DNA of 64,000 bases, from positions 1 to 64,000 of the IMG/VR virus record IMGVR_UViG_3300032893_000021; one strand, 5' to 3'. The translations under genes were made by a program, and so were the position numbers. This document shows positions 49,201-57,246 of this stretch, in pieces (position 1 is the stretch's first letter; the number at the start of each line of letters is the position of its first letter). Under the pieces are notes generated by a model. It was not told where the DNA came from. It saw nothing but the letters and a program-made list of their open reading frames with translations, and did not search any database. Origin of the DNA: a virus.

Positions 49201-49875
49201 GCGGCCGGGTCACTCGCGTGGTCCCATCTCGGGCCGACCCTGGTCGATCTGGCCGCGTCGCTGTCCCCGTCCGCCGCGCTGGCCAGGACGACCGCTCGCG
49301 GGCTGGCCGGGGCGGCCTCACCGGCCGGTGCCCTGTCGCGCGTCGGGACGAGGGCGCTGGCCGCGTCGGTCTCGCCAGCGGGCGCCGCCGTCCGCAGGAC
49401 GGCGCGGAGCCTCGCCGGGGCACTCGGGGCGGCCGGGGCGGCCTCGAGGTCCACCGGCGTCCCGCTCGCGGCCTCGATCGCCTCGGCCGGTTCGATCCTG
49501 AGGACGAGGCCGGTCCAGCTCGCCGCCGCCCTCACGTCCGCCGCCGCCCTCGCCCGCTCGACGGCTCGGTCCATGACGGCCTCGACGCTGCCCTCGGGGG
49601 CGATCGCGCGCCGCGTCTCGGTGGCCCTCCGGGCGGCCCTCGGCCTCCTCGGCTTCCTCGCGTCCCAGTTCAGGCCGAGCATCCGGGCCGACCGCGTCTC
49701 CGCCGCCGACTACGCCGCCTTCTCGGCCGCGGCGTCCGACGCGGCGGCGGCTACCGTCGCGACGGCCGATGGGGTAGCCTTCGGCGTGGGGACGGCGGAC
49801 TCCGCCGGGCACGCCGTCGCCCAGGCAGCCTCGGCGACGTACGCCGTCGCGGTGTCGGACGCCCTGACGGACTGA
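46249..49875 (+). CDS. 1208-aa Ala/Ser/Arg tandem-repeat protein (period about 21 aa)
   Basis: Dozens of RxLAASxSPAGxxxR units; same strand and spacing as neighbouring structural genes. Confidence 0.7.
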   Translation: MSLLTLLHGASTGGGTTYTSTLTASMSPAASSFSRASKRALTATEGPAGALARLSARAMAASVTPSGSAARRTARSLAASVSPAGVLLRALPHSMTASMGPAGAAARRTARALAASSGPAGSLVRTGMPVRMTASESPSGSAARRTARALAASVTPAGALSRSASRALSATISPAGSAAKRAARSLTAAEGPSGSLLRFTTRTLAGSIGPAGAAARAFPHALAASIGFGPPGSSGLGALLGAAVPGSTVLGSYGAAATDALTRSTRRALAAAASSSGALGRAGMPVRLTAAIGPAGAAVRSTARKLSASVTPAGTVLRAYVRALAASVAPAGALARASAVPLSASISSGGAYARRTSRALAAAVSPSGAAAKAVARALAASVTPTGTVLRAQVRALSASVSMSGSVSRSAARSLAASIGPAGAAVRSTARALAASASPSGVLGRAGMPVRMAASVTPAGAAARRTARALAAAVASSGALARSGMPVRMTATIGPAASLTRSFPYRLAASIGPAGTLARSAARQLAASLSPAGAVLRAQVRTLAASVTPSGAASRRTARPMPASLSPAGAAARAVARALAASVSPAGAIGRAGMPVRMTAALAASGAAARRTARALIASASPAGVLVRTGMPVRLTAAVAPAGALLRAFPYRLAASVAPAGAITRSTARALSASLSAAGSASRGFPYRMTASVSPAGTVLRAFPYRLAASVTPAGAAARRTARQLAASASPSGVVWRSFPYRLAAASLSPAGAVLRALPHTMSAAVSPAGSAARLTARRLAASVGPSGSIARAASRALSASIGPAASLARLAARALAGALSPVGSLESSGGRFVYLTAAITTSASVAMSTSRRLAAALPPAGALARARLVSLAAALSSSASLARRTARALAGASSPAGAASLRTGVPLAGTASPAGSASRSTARKLSASASPAGSLARAASRQLAAAVSASGALTRRTGRLLAASASASASLARASSRALSAALDAAGSLAWSHLGPTLVDLAASLSPSAALARTTARGLAGAASPAGALSRVGTRALAASVSPAGAAVRRTARSLAGALGAAGAASRSTGVPLAASIASAGSILRTRPVQLAAALTSAAALARSTARSMTASTLPSGAIARRVSVALRAALGLLGFLASQFRPSIRADRVSAADYAAFSAAASDAAAATVATADGVAFGVGTADSAGHAVAQAASATYAVAVSDALTD

Positions 49876-50213
49876 GGAGGCGCTCAGCGAGCGAACCGCC
49901 CAACCGGTACACCGTAGGGAATGCCGTCACGGTCTCCGGGACCTACACGAACAAGAAGACGGGCTCCACGGTCGACCCCGACGTGGCATGCGTCGACGTG
50001 GTCGACCCGACCGGCAAGACGACGACGTACCGCACGGACGACGTCGGGTCTCCGATCGTCCGCGCCTCGTCCGGCGTCTACACCCTCGACGTCGACACGT
50101 CCGCGAAGCCGGGCCGCTGGCAGTACCGCTGGTGGTCTCCGCCCGGCGGCTCGGTCCAGACAGCCGGGGCGGGCGAGTTCCTCGTCTCGGCCTTCCCGGC
50201 CCCGGTCCCGTGA
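49872..50213 (+). CDS. Small beta-rich virion protein (probable CTG start overlapping the upstream stop)
   Basis: YTVGNAVTVSGTY..VDPD..DPTG..GVYTLDV..GRWQYRW; no ATG/GTG ahead of this body. Confidence 0.6.
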   Translation: MRRRSASEPPNRYTVGNAVTVSGTYTNKKTGSTVDPDVACVDVVDPTGKTTTYRTDDVGSPIVRASSGVYTLDVDTSAKPGRWQYRWWSPPGGSVQTAGAGEFLVSAFPAPVP

Positions 50214-50569
50214 CGGAGCAGTACGCCAACGGCGCCAGGACGACCGTCGCCTCGCCGGTCGGGAGCGGCGACGGGACGGTGTCCGTGGCGAGCGCGACCG
50301 GGTTCCCGACGTCCGGGAACTTCCGGCTCCTCGTCTGCCGCGCCGACCTGACGAACGCCGAGCTGATGCTCGTGACCTCGGTCGCCGGGACGACCTTCAC
50401 GGTCTCGAGGGCGGCCGAGCCGTACGGCGGCGCCCAGAGCGCCGTGTCCCACGCGTCCGGGGAGGTCGCGGCCCACGTCCTGACGGTCGCCTCGCTCCCG
50501 ACCGGCGGGGCGGCCCCGCCCGCGGTCACGGCGGCTGCGCTCCTCTACGCCTACCAGAACATGAGGTGA
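50210..50569 (+). CDS. Small virion protein (VASATGFP..FTVSRA..HASG domain)
   Basis: GTGA overlap; domain shared with the tail tube N-terminus. Confidence 0.65.
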   Translation: MTEQYANGARTTVASPVGSGDGTVSVASATGFPTSGNFRLLVCRADLTNAELMLVTSVAGTTFTVSRAAEPYGGAQSAVSHASGEVAAHVLTVASLPTGGAAPPAVTAAALLYAYQNMR

Positions 50570-50573
50570 CCTG

Positions 50574-50996
50574 ATGGCTGCCGGGACGAGCCCCATCTTC
50601 TACGCGACCCCGAAGACGGCCGCCGTTCAGTTCGCGAACGGCGACGGCACGTCCCTGAAGACGCTCCTCACCGCTGGCTCGAACGGCAGCCTCGTCCTGG
50701 GCGTCGAGGCGACCACGACCGACACGGCCGCCAACGACGTGGGCCTCTACGTCCAGATCGGCGGGTCGGGCACCAACTACCCGATCGGCGGCAAGCGGGT
50801 CCCGGCCGGGTCGGGCGACGCAACCGCCTCCAACCCGACCGCGGCCGTGCAGGTCCTCGACGTCGGCCAGTTGCCGTTCCTGCTGCCTGACGGCACGCTC
50901 CAACTCGGCGCGGGCGACGTTCTGAAGGCCGGTGTGCAGGCGGCCGTGACCTCGGCCAAGACGCTCACGCTGCTCGCCCAGTACGGCGACTTCTAG
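50574..50996 (+). CDS. Virion structural protein
   Basis: GAGG SD; beta-rich, ends AQYGDF. Confidence 0.65.
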   Translation: MAAGTSPIFYATPKTAAVQFANGDGTSLKTLLTAGSNGSLVLGVEATTTDTAANDVGLYVQIGGSGTNYPIGGKRVPAGSGDATASNPTAAVQVLDVGQLPFLLPDGTLQLGAGDVLKAGVQAAVTSAKTLTLLAQYGDF

Positions 50997-51713
50997 GTGT
51001 CGAGGGTCCTCGTCCCGAGCAAGCACGCAGGGGTCCCGAGGCAGCAGGCCGTCCCGTTCCCGGGCGCCTCCAAGTGGTCCAACCCTGTCTGGATGCGGCC
51101 TGGGCTGTCGAGCCCCTACGCCCGCGACTTCACGGCCATGCCGGGCCGGGCGTCCCTCGACCGCGTCGTGCGCAACCGCGGCTTCTCCACGCCGTCGACC
51201 AGCATCCTCGTGCCGGGCGGAGGGCAGCCGGTCGAGGTGTACTTCGACACGCAGGGAGCCGCGGTCTACTGGCAGGCCCCCCCTGGCGACTGGGAGATCG
51301 TCGTCGAGTTCAGCGGCTACTCTGCTGGCAATGGCGGAATCGAGATGGTCGGCCCGTTCACCGTCGACGCCTCCGGCACGGGGCAGGCGTGCACCCAGTA
51401 CAACAACCCGGCCGGAGTCGTCAACTGGGGCCTGTCGAGCTGGGCGTACGCCTCGTCCGGCAACACCGCGACGTGGACCGGCGGTCCATTCAACGACCAG
51501 CGCCGCATGTGGCAGACCCTGAGGAAGTCCGGCACGGCGTACACCGGCAAGCACAGCGACGACGGGTCGACGTGGACGTCGTACCAGACGGCCAACACAT
51601 GGGCTGGCACGCCGGTCTGGATCGGCGTGGGCCGGTTCTACACCGCGATCCAGTTCTGGTGGCGGCTGTGGCGGGTCACGGTCTGGCCCGGCCCGACGTT
51701 CTTCCCAGGCTGA
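50997..51713 (+). CDS. Putative lectin/beta-sandwich receptor-binding protein, copy 1
   Basis: Aromatic-rich; APPGDWEIVVEF..LRKSGTAYTGKHSDDGSTW. Confidence 0.6.
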   Translation: MSRVLVPSKHAGVPRQQAVPFPGASKWSNPVWMRPGLSSPYARDFTAMPGRASLDRVVRNRGFSTPSTSILVPGGGQPVEVYFDTQGAAVYWQAPPGDWEIVVEFSGYSAGNGGIEMVGPFTVDASGTGQACTQYNNPAGVVNWGLSSWAYASSGNTATWTGGPFNDQRRMWQTLRKSGTAYTGKHSDDGSTWTSYQTANTWAGTPVWIGVGRFYTAIQFWWRLWRVTVWPGPTFFPG

Positions 51714-52411
51714 TGTACGCGAAGCAGCAGCGCCGGTCCGCCTACCCGACCCGGGTGCCGCAGGTCGGCGTCCCGTTCAACCAGCGGACGTGGTCCAACC
51801 CCGTGCGCTACCGGATGTCGTCCTACGGCCGCGACTTCACGGCGTTGCGCAACCGGCCGGACCTCGACCGGCGCGTCGCCAACCGCGGCTTCAGCGCGCC
51901 CGCGGCGAGCATCCTCGTCCCGGGCGGCGGGCAGGGTGTCGAGGTGCTGCTAGACGCATCGGCCGCGGCGCTCTACTGGCCTGCTCCGCCCGGCGACTGG
52001 GAGATCGTCGTCGAGTTCGCTGGCTACACGGCCATCGCCAACACCGAGATGGCCGGGCCGTTCGCCGTCGACTCAAGCGGCACCGGCGTCGGCGCCTCCC
52101 AGTACAACAACTCAGCCGGGATCTACTGTTGGAACCTCGTTTCGTGGGCCTACAGCAGCACGGGCGGGTCGGCCGCGTGGTCCAGCCCGATCACACGCCA
52201 ACACATGTGGCAGACGCTGAAGAAGTCGGGCACGACCTACACAGCCAGGCACTCCGACGACGGCTCGACGTTCACCGCCTACACGGCCAACACCACGTGG
52301 GCCGGGACGCCCGCGTGGATCGGCTTCGGCCGGTTCACCGCTGGCACGATCGGCTGGTACCACCTCTACCGGCTCAACGTCTACCCGGCACCGGCCTTCT
52401 TCACCGGCTAG
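51713..52411 (+). CDS. Putative lectin/beta-sandwich receptor-binding protein, copy 2
   Basis: End-to-end paralog of 50997-51713. Confidence 0.6.
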   Translation: MYAKQQRRSAYPTRVPQVGVPFNQRTWSNPVRYRMSSYGRDFTALRNRPDLDRRVANRGFSAPAASILVPGGGQGVEVLLDASAAALYWPAPPGDWEIVVEFAGYTAIANTEMAGPFAVDSSGTGVGASQYNNSAGIYCWNLVSWAYSSTGGSAAWSSPITRQHMWQTLKKSGTTYTARHSDDGSTFTAYTANTTWAGTPAWIGFGRFTAGTIGWYHLYRLNVYPAPAFFTG

Positions 52412-52461
52412 GCAGCGGCAGGCCCGAGGCGCTAACCTCTCCATAGGAGGAACGGACCCGA

Positions 52462-53424
52462 GTGACGACAGGGCTGACACCGTACATCACGCCCAAGGTC
52501 CTGCTCGCGACCAACTACGGCGTCGACTGGAAGTCGTTCCCGCGCCAGGGCGCCTCGTCAGAGGACCAGCTGGCGGCGCAGCTCGACGCCTGCTGGAAGG
52601 CGACGTCGGAGGCGGACGCGGTCGCGAACCAGTCGCTCAGGGCCGGGGTCGACACGGAGACGGAGTTCGGGCCCGACCTCGCCGTGACCGTCCCCGGCAA
52701 CGGCTGGGCCAGGATGAGGATGACGAGGTCCCCGGTCCTCCGGGTCGTCGGGGCCGCCGCCGGTCCCGCGGCCGCCACGCCGCCGGTGGCCCTCTCGCCG
52801 ATCCCGGCCACGTCACTCGTGGTCGAGCACGGTGGGCAGCACCAGACCGGGACCATCGTCCCCGCGGGCGGGTCCCCGTCGCCGACCACCATCCTCGTCG
52901 CGCCCGGCTACGTCTCGTGGGCCCTCGGGCGCAACGGCTACATGCTGCAGGTCACCACCGTCTCCGGGTTCCCGGTCGCCGGGATCGACGCCGCCGCGGC
53001 CGCCGGGGACACCGAGATCCACGTCGACGACGTCTCCGGGTGGTGGGACCCGGACCAGGGGCTCGGCGCGGCCGGGACGGTGGCCGACCCGCCGACGCGC
53101 GAGGACGTGTCCGTGTCGGGCATGACGCCCGACGTCCCGGGCGCCATCTCGGGGCCCGGGACGCTGACGCTGGCGGCGCCCCTCCAGTTCCCGCACGTCC
53201 CGCTGGTCGGCGGCCTGACCGGGCCCGACCAGCGCGTCCTCCTGACGGCGATGCCGCAGACCCTCCAGAACGCCGTCCTCTACTTCGCGACCTACTTCGG
53301 CCTGATGCGCGGCTCGGCCGCGCTCGCCCCCCAGCAGGCACGCGGCGCGATCGGCGGCGTGGCCCGCCAGGACTGGTACGAGCGAGGGGAGAAGGCCGTC
53401 GCCCGGTTCGCGAGGACCTGGTGA
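52462..53424 (+). CDS. Putative head-tail adaptor
   Basis: AGGAGG upstream; PYIT..ATSEADAVANQSL..MPQTLQNAV; position before the tail genes. Confidence 0.6.
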   Translation: MTTGLTPYITPKVLLATNYGVDWKSFPRQGASSEDQLAAQLDACWKATSEADAVANQSLRAGVDTETEFGPDLAVTVPGNGWARMRMTRSPVLRVVGAAAGPAAATPPVALSPIPATSLVVEHGGQHQTGTIVPAGGSPSPTTILVAPGYVSWALGRNGYMLQVTTVSGFPVAGIDAAAAAGDTEIHVDDVSGWWDPDQGLGAAGTVADPPTREDVSVSGMTPDVPGAISGPGTLTLAAPLQFPHVPLVGGLTGPDQRVLLTAMPQTLQNAVLYFATYFGLMRGSAALAPQQARGAIGGVARQDWYERGEKAVARFARTW

Positions 53425-53930
53425 GCATCTACTCGGTCGAGCACTGGGCGGCGGACGGCCTCAGCGGCCTTGAGTCGCCGGGCCTCGACCCGGTCCAGTC
53501 ATGGGTCGCCCCGCCCCCGCCCGGGTCGGCCTTCATGACCACGCCGCAGGCCTTCGTCTGGGGCGGCAGGGGCCGCGAGACGAGACTCACCCTCCCGCGC
53601 GCGCGCTCGGCCGCCGACGCCGCCGCCGGGCGGGCCGGGCAGCGGCAGGCGAGACACCAGCTGACGGTCTGGGTCATGTGGGCGTCGGACGTCTCGATCT
53701 CGGTCCAGGACCTGTTCCCGGTCCTCCTGCGGACCGTCCTCGACTTCTTCCGGTACGCCGAGCTCGGCCAGACGATCGCCGACCCGACCGACGGCTCGAC
53801 GTCCGTCCTCCAGACCGTCGGCGAGGACATCGAGTGGCGGTACGGCCCGCCCGTGGCGTCGGGGGACGGCCTCTACCTCTACCACGCCGCCGAGCTGACC
53901 GTCGCCGCGGTCGAGGCCTGGCAGTCATGA
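53421..53930 (+). CDS. Putative tail terminator/completion protein
   Basis: Size and position between adaptor and tail tube. Confidence 0.5.
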   Translation: MSIYSVEHWAADGLSGLESPGLDPVQSWVAPPPPGSAFMTTPQAFVWGGRGRETRLTLPRARSAADAAAGRAGQRQARHQLTVWVMWASDVSISVQDLFPVLLRTVLDFFRYAELGQTIADPTDGSTSVLQTVGEDIEWRYGPPVASGDGLYLYHAAELTVAAVEAWQS

Positions 53931-54202
53931 GGGTCGCCGTCGACAGGTCCGTCCGCGAGGTCGTGATGGCGGACGGGACCTCCTACCCGGTCGGGGCGTC
54001 CGGCCGTGTGGTCGTCACGGAGCCATCCCACGTCGAGGAGCTCCGTCGGCGCGGCCCGGTGGACGGCCGGGGCTCGACGAGGGGTGACTACGCCGCCGAG
54101 GTCAAGGCGCCCCCGCGCGGGTCCGGCGGCTGGACCTGCGCCTGCGGCTGGGACGGCTGGGAGTGGACGAGGCGCTGCGGCCGCTGCGGGGCGCCCCGGT
54201 GA
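53927..54202 (+). CDS. Small Zn-ribbon protein; paralog of 39976-40278
   Basis: MADGTSY..GRVVV..CACGW..W..CGRCG. Confidence 0.6.
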   Translation: MRVAVDRSVREVVMADGTSYPVGASGRVVVTEPSHVEELRRRGPVDGRGSTRGDYAAEVKAPPRGSGGWTCACGWDGWEWTRRCGRCGAPR

Positions 54203-54891
54203 GCTGGCCGCCGGACCCGCTGGTGTACGTCCCGTACGTCCCCGGCATGCTCAGGCCGGAGACGGAGGCCGCCCTCGCGCCCCACAACCCGGTCCATGCC
54301 GTGCTCGACCCGGAGGACCCGGCCGCCTACTGGGGCCTGCTCTCGGGCGTCTGGGCGGACGGCCTGACGTTCGCGGTCGTCGAGCAGGACGTGGTCCCCG
54401 AGCCCGGGACGGTGGAGGGGTTCGCGGCCTGCCCGCAGGGGTGGTGCGCGGTCCCGTACCTCTGGGGCGACCTGCCCCTGACGGCGTTCGGGTGCGTGCG
54501 CTTCCGCGACTCGTTCATCGCGCGGCACCCGGACGTGTTCTGCAGGATCCCCGAGGCGCAGCGCGACTGGAGGTCGCTCGACTCGATGGTGATCGGCGAG
54601 CTGCACCGGCGCGGCGAGTCCGAGCACGTCCACGGGCCCAGGGCCCTGCACCTGCGCGACCCCGAGCCGAAGGCGGCCAGGCTAGCGTTCCGGGGCCCCG
54701 TGCGGCTACGCTGGGTCGGGGACGGGCGCCGCCGCCTCGACGGGGTCCCGGCCGCCGACACGGAGCTGGGCGACCCGGCGATGGTCGCGATAGCGCTGGA
54801 GTCCGGCCTGTACGTGCGGGCCGGTGGAGACGACGAGCCCCGGCGAGCCCGGGCGACGGCGCCCGAGGATGCGCCGAGAGGAGGTACTTGA
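54199..54891 (+). CDS. Glycosyltransferase-like protein; paralog of 31770-32516
   Basis: LRPETEAAL..VVEQDVVPEPG..WCAVPY..FGCVRF..SLD..HVHGP. Confidence 0.6.
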   Translation: MSWPPDPLVYVPYVPGMLRPETEAALAPHNPVHAVLDPEDPAAYWGLLSGVWADGLTFAVVEQDVVPEPGTVEGFAACPQGWCAVPYLWGDLPLTAFGCVRFRDSFIARHPDVFCRIPEAQRDWRSLDSMVIGELHRRGESEHVHGPRALHLRDPEPKAARLAFRGPVRLRWVGDGRRRLDGVPAADTELGDPAMVAIALESGLYVRAGGDDEPRRARATAPEDAPRGGT

Positions 54892-56117
54892 CCACCGGAT
54901 ACGGCAGCATCCCGCTGTCCTCCCTCCAGGCCTTCACGGAGGCGGCGCGGGTCTCGGCCACCAACCTCAACCCAGGCTACACGACGCTCGCCGCGGCCGT
55001 CACCGGCACCGGCGGGACCTCGATCAGCGTGACCTCGGCAGCCGGGTTCCCCGGCTCGGGACCGTTCTACGTCATGATCGACGCCGAGCAGATGCAGGTC
55101 ACCGCTGGCTTCGGGACCACGTCCTGGACCGTCAGCCGCGGCGCCAACGGGACCACGGCGGCGACGCACGCCAGCGGCGCGCTCGTCTTCCAGTCCGCCA
55201 CGTCGCTCATCCCCATCGAGCCGATCATGTTCGAGCCGATGGTCGACCGCTACATGCCCGCCCTGATGCGGAACTCGTTCGTCGCCTTCTACGAGTCGAT
55301 GATCGTCTCGGAGCGCTCCGAGCTGAAGGGGCTCAAGATGCCCCAGACGTTCGAGGTCCTGCCGAACCTCCTCGGCTTCGCGGTCAAGGGCGGCGTCGTC
55401 CCGTCACAGAGCCCAACCGGGGTCTACACCTGGGACTTCTCCCCGACCCTCGCGGCGGACGACATCTCCGGGCTAGGCGCCGAGATGGGCTCCGACACGG
55501 CGTTCTACCACATCGCCGCCCTGTACTGCGACCAGCTGGTCCTCGAGTTCGTCCGCGGGACTGACGCGGCCCAGGCCACGGTCGACTTCATCGGGCAGAT
55601 GGCCTTCCAGATGGGCGCCCGGACCCCGGGCCTGACCCGCCTGGACCTGAACATGATCAACCCGGCGTACACGTCCACGTTCATCGACTCGGCGACGATC
55701 GGGACGACGCCGTTCAACGACATGTCCAGCGCGAAGGCGACCCTCAAGAACGGCATCCAGCAGCTCTACTTCCTCAACGGGAAGCTGTACTCGACCGCGA
55801 TCGCCCGCCCGACGCGCGCGCTCGATGTCGAGCTGGTCCAGTGGTTCGACGACTCGACCGAGCTCTCGAACGCCATGAACGCGGTCGGGAACGGGGTCGA
55901 GCGGAAGCTGAGGCTCGCCGCGACGGGCACGCAGATCGCCTCGACCGGGGTCAACCGCTCGCTGACGCTCGACGCGTACCTCTACTGGAGGACGTTCCCC
56001 TTCAAGGCCGAGAACGAGACCTGGCGGGTGACGTACACCGGCACGACCGTCTACGACGACACGGCCGGGCGCGACTGGAAGATGACGCTCGTCAACGACC
56101 TCGCCGCGGCGGCCTGA
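54888..56117 (+). CDS. Major tail (tube) protein with an N-terminal accessory domain
   Basis: GAGGAGG then TTG 54888; GVYTWDFSP..CDQLVLEF..TLVND; upstream of TAC and tape measure. Confidence 0.75.
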   Translation: MTTGYGSIPLSSLQAFTEAARVSATNLNPGYTTLAAAVTGTGGTSISVTSAAGFPGSGPFYVMIDAEQMQVTAGFGTTSWTVSRGANGTTAATHASGALVFQSATSLIPIEPIMFEPMVDRYMPALMRNSFVAFYESMIVSERSELKGLKMPQTFEVLPNLLGFAVKGGVVPSQSPTGVYTWDFSPTLAADDISGLGAEMGSDTAFYHIAALYCDQLVLEFVRGTDAAQATVDFIGQMAFQMGARTPGLTRLDLNMINPAYTSTFIDSATIGTTPFNDMSSAKATLKNGIQQLYFLNGKLYSTAIARPTRALDVELVQWFDDSTELSNAMNAVGNGVERKLRLAATGTQIASTGVNRSLTLDAYLYWRTFPFKAENETWRVTYTGTTVYDDTAGRDWKMTLVNDLAAAA

Positions 56118-56118
56118 C

Positions 56119-56547
56119 ATGGGCGCCTGGGAGGACGCGTGGCAGAGGTTCGAGGCGGAGGCGGGGCCGGTCCTCTCCTCCGCCCTGTCCGACGCCGCGC
56201 CGTACTCCACAGGGGAGCTCGCGGCGAGCATGACGTGGGAGGACCAGCAGGGGCGGCTGACGGCCGGGTCCTCCGACGCCCGCGGGCCGATCGCGGCCTA
56301 CGTGACGCGGGGGACGGCGCCCCACGGGATCGATCCCGTCTACGCCTCCGTCCTCCACTTCTTCGCGGGCGACGGCACCGAGGTGTTCGCGTCCCACGTC
56401 GATCACCCCGGCACGGCCGCGAACCCGTTCCACATCGACGCCTGGGGGGCGGCCCGGGACGGCGTCCTCGCCGCGTTCCGGCGAGAGATGCCGGGCGCGG
56501 CGCTCTCCTACCTCAACCCGTGGCGCAACAGGACGCTGGAGGTGTAA
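56119..56547 (+). CDS. HK97 gp10-like tail/neck protein
   Basis: APYSTGELAAS..YVTRGTAPH..VDHPGTAANPF. Confidence 0.7.
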   Translation: MGAWEDAWQRFEAEAGPVLSSALSDAAPYSTGELAASMTWEDQQGRLTAGSSDARGPIAAYVTRGTAPHGIDPVYASVLHFFAGDGTEVFASHVDHPGTAANPFHIDAWGAARDGVLAAFRREMPGAALSYLNPWRNRTLEV

Positions 56548-56551
56548 TGGC

Positions 56552-57082
56552 ATGGGGTTCCTCTCAGGCTTCGAGCATGTGACGATCCGGTTCAACGACC
56601 GGTTCCAGGTCGACGAGGCCGGGAAGTGGTGGGTCCGGGTCCAGACGTCCCTCGAGCGCAAGGCGTTCCGGCGGGCGCAGGCCAAGCTGATGACGCCGGT
56701 CATGGTGGCCAAGGGCAAGGACGTGTCAACGACGGCGAACGTCTCGTCGGCCGAGTACGTGGACGAGCTCGTGTTCGCCGCCGTCCTCGACTGGAACTTC
56801 ACGGACCGGGAGGACAAGCCGCTCCCGCTCGCCCCCGACGCCGCCAAGCGCGAGAGCATCGACGCGCTCCCGGAGGAGGTCGTCGAGGCGATCCACAAGG
56901 CGGTCCGGGACGGGACGCCCGGGGCGGACACCTCCGAGGACGGGCTCAAGGGGGACGAGGCCGAGCGCGAGCGCTTTCCGGAAGGCGGTCAGGGACGTCC
57001 TGATGTTCCCGTCGCGGGAGAGGGACCCCGAGGCGGAGCAGACCCTGGCGGAGATCCAGGCGGCCCGGCTGATGTGGCGTGA
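56552..57082 (+). CDS. Tail assembly chaperone (G)
   Basis: VLDWNFTD..PLPL..SIDALPEEV; directly upstream of the tape measure. Confidence 0.75.
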   Translation: MGFLSGFEHVTIRFNDRFQVDEAGKWWVRVQTSLERKAFRRAQAKLMTPVMVAKGKDVSTTANVSSAEYVDELVFAAVLDWNFTDREDKPLPLAPDAAKRESIDALPEEVVEAIHKAVRDGTPGADTSEDGLKGDEAERERFPEGGQGRPDVPVAGEGPRGGADPGGDPGGPADVA

Positions 57083-57242
57083 GCTCGGCGTCCCGGCGAC
57101 GGCCGACGCCGACGGCTGGACAGTCTCGCGCTGGGAGCGCGTCCTGACGGCCCTGCCGGAGATCGTCACCTTCGAGAACACCGAGGCCAGGGCCCGGGCC
57201 GAGTCGGACGCGAGGGCCCACAGCCAGCAGAGAAGGCGGTAG
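56976..57242 (+). CDS. Tail assembly chaperone extension (T), probably reached by frameshift
   Basis: +1 frame open from TTC 56976 (FRKAVRDVLMFP...) to TAG 57242; overlaps the G ORF. Confidence 0.55.
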   Translation, partial: FRKAVRDVLMFPSRERDPEAEQTLAEIQAARLMWRELGVPATADADGWTVSRWERVLTALPEIVTFENTEARARAESDARAHSQQRRR

Positions 57243-57246
57243 GGTA

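Noticed and set aside
46299-49682. Long minus-strand ORFs over the repeat gene
   Set aside because: Mirror of the repetitive plus-strand ORF; all flanking genes are on the plus strand.
50997-52411. Paralog pair as a diversity-generating retroelement TR/VR
   Set aside because: Both are full ORFs, differences are not confined to adenines, and no reverse transcriptase is present in the window.
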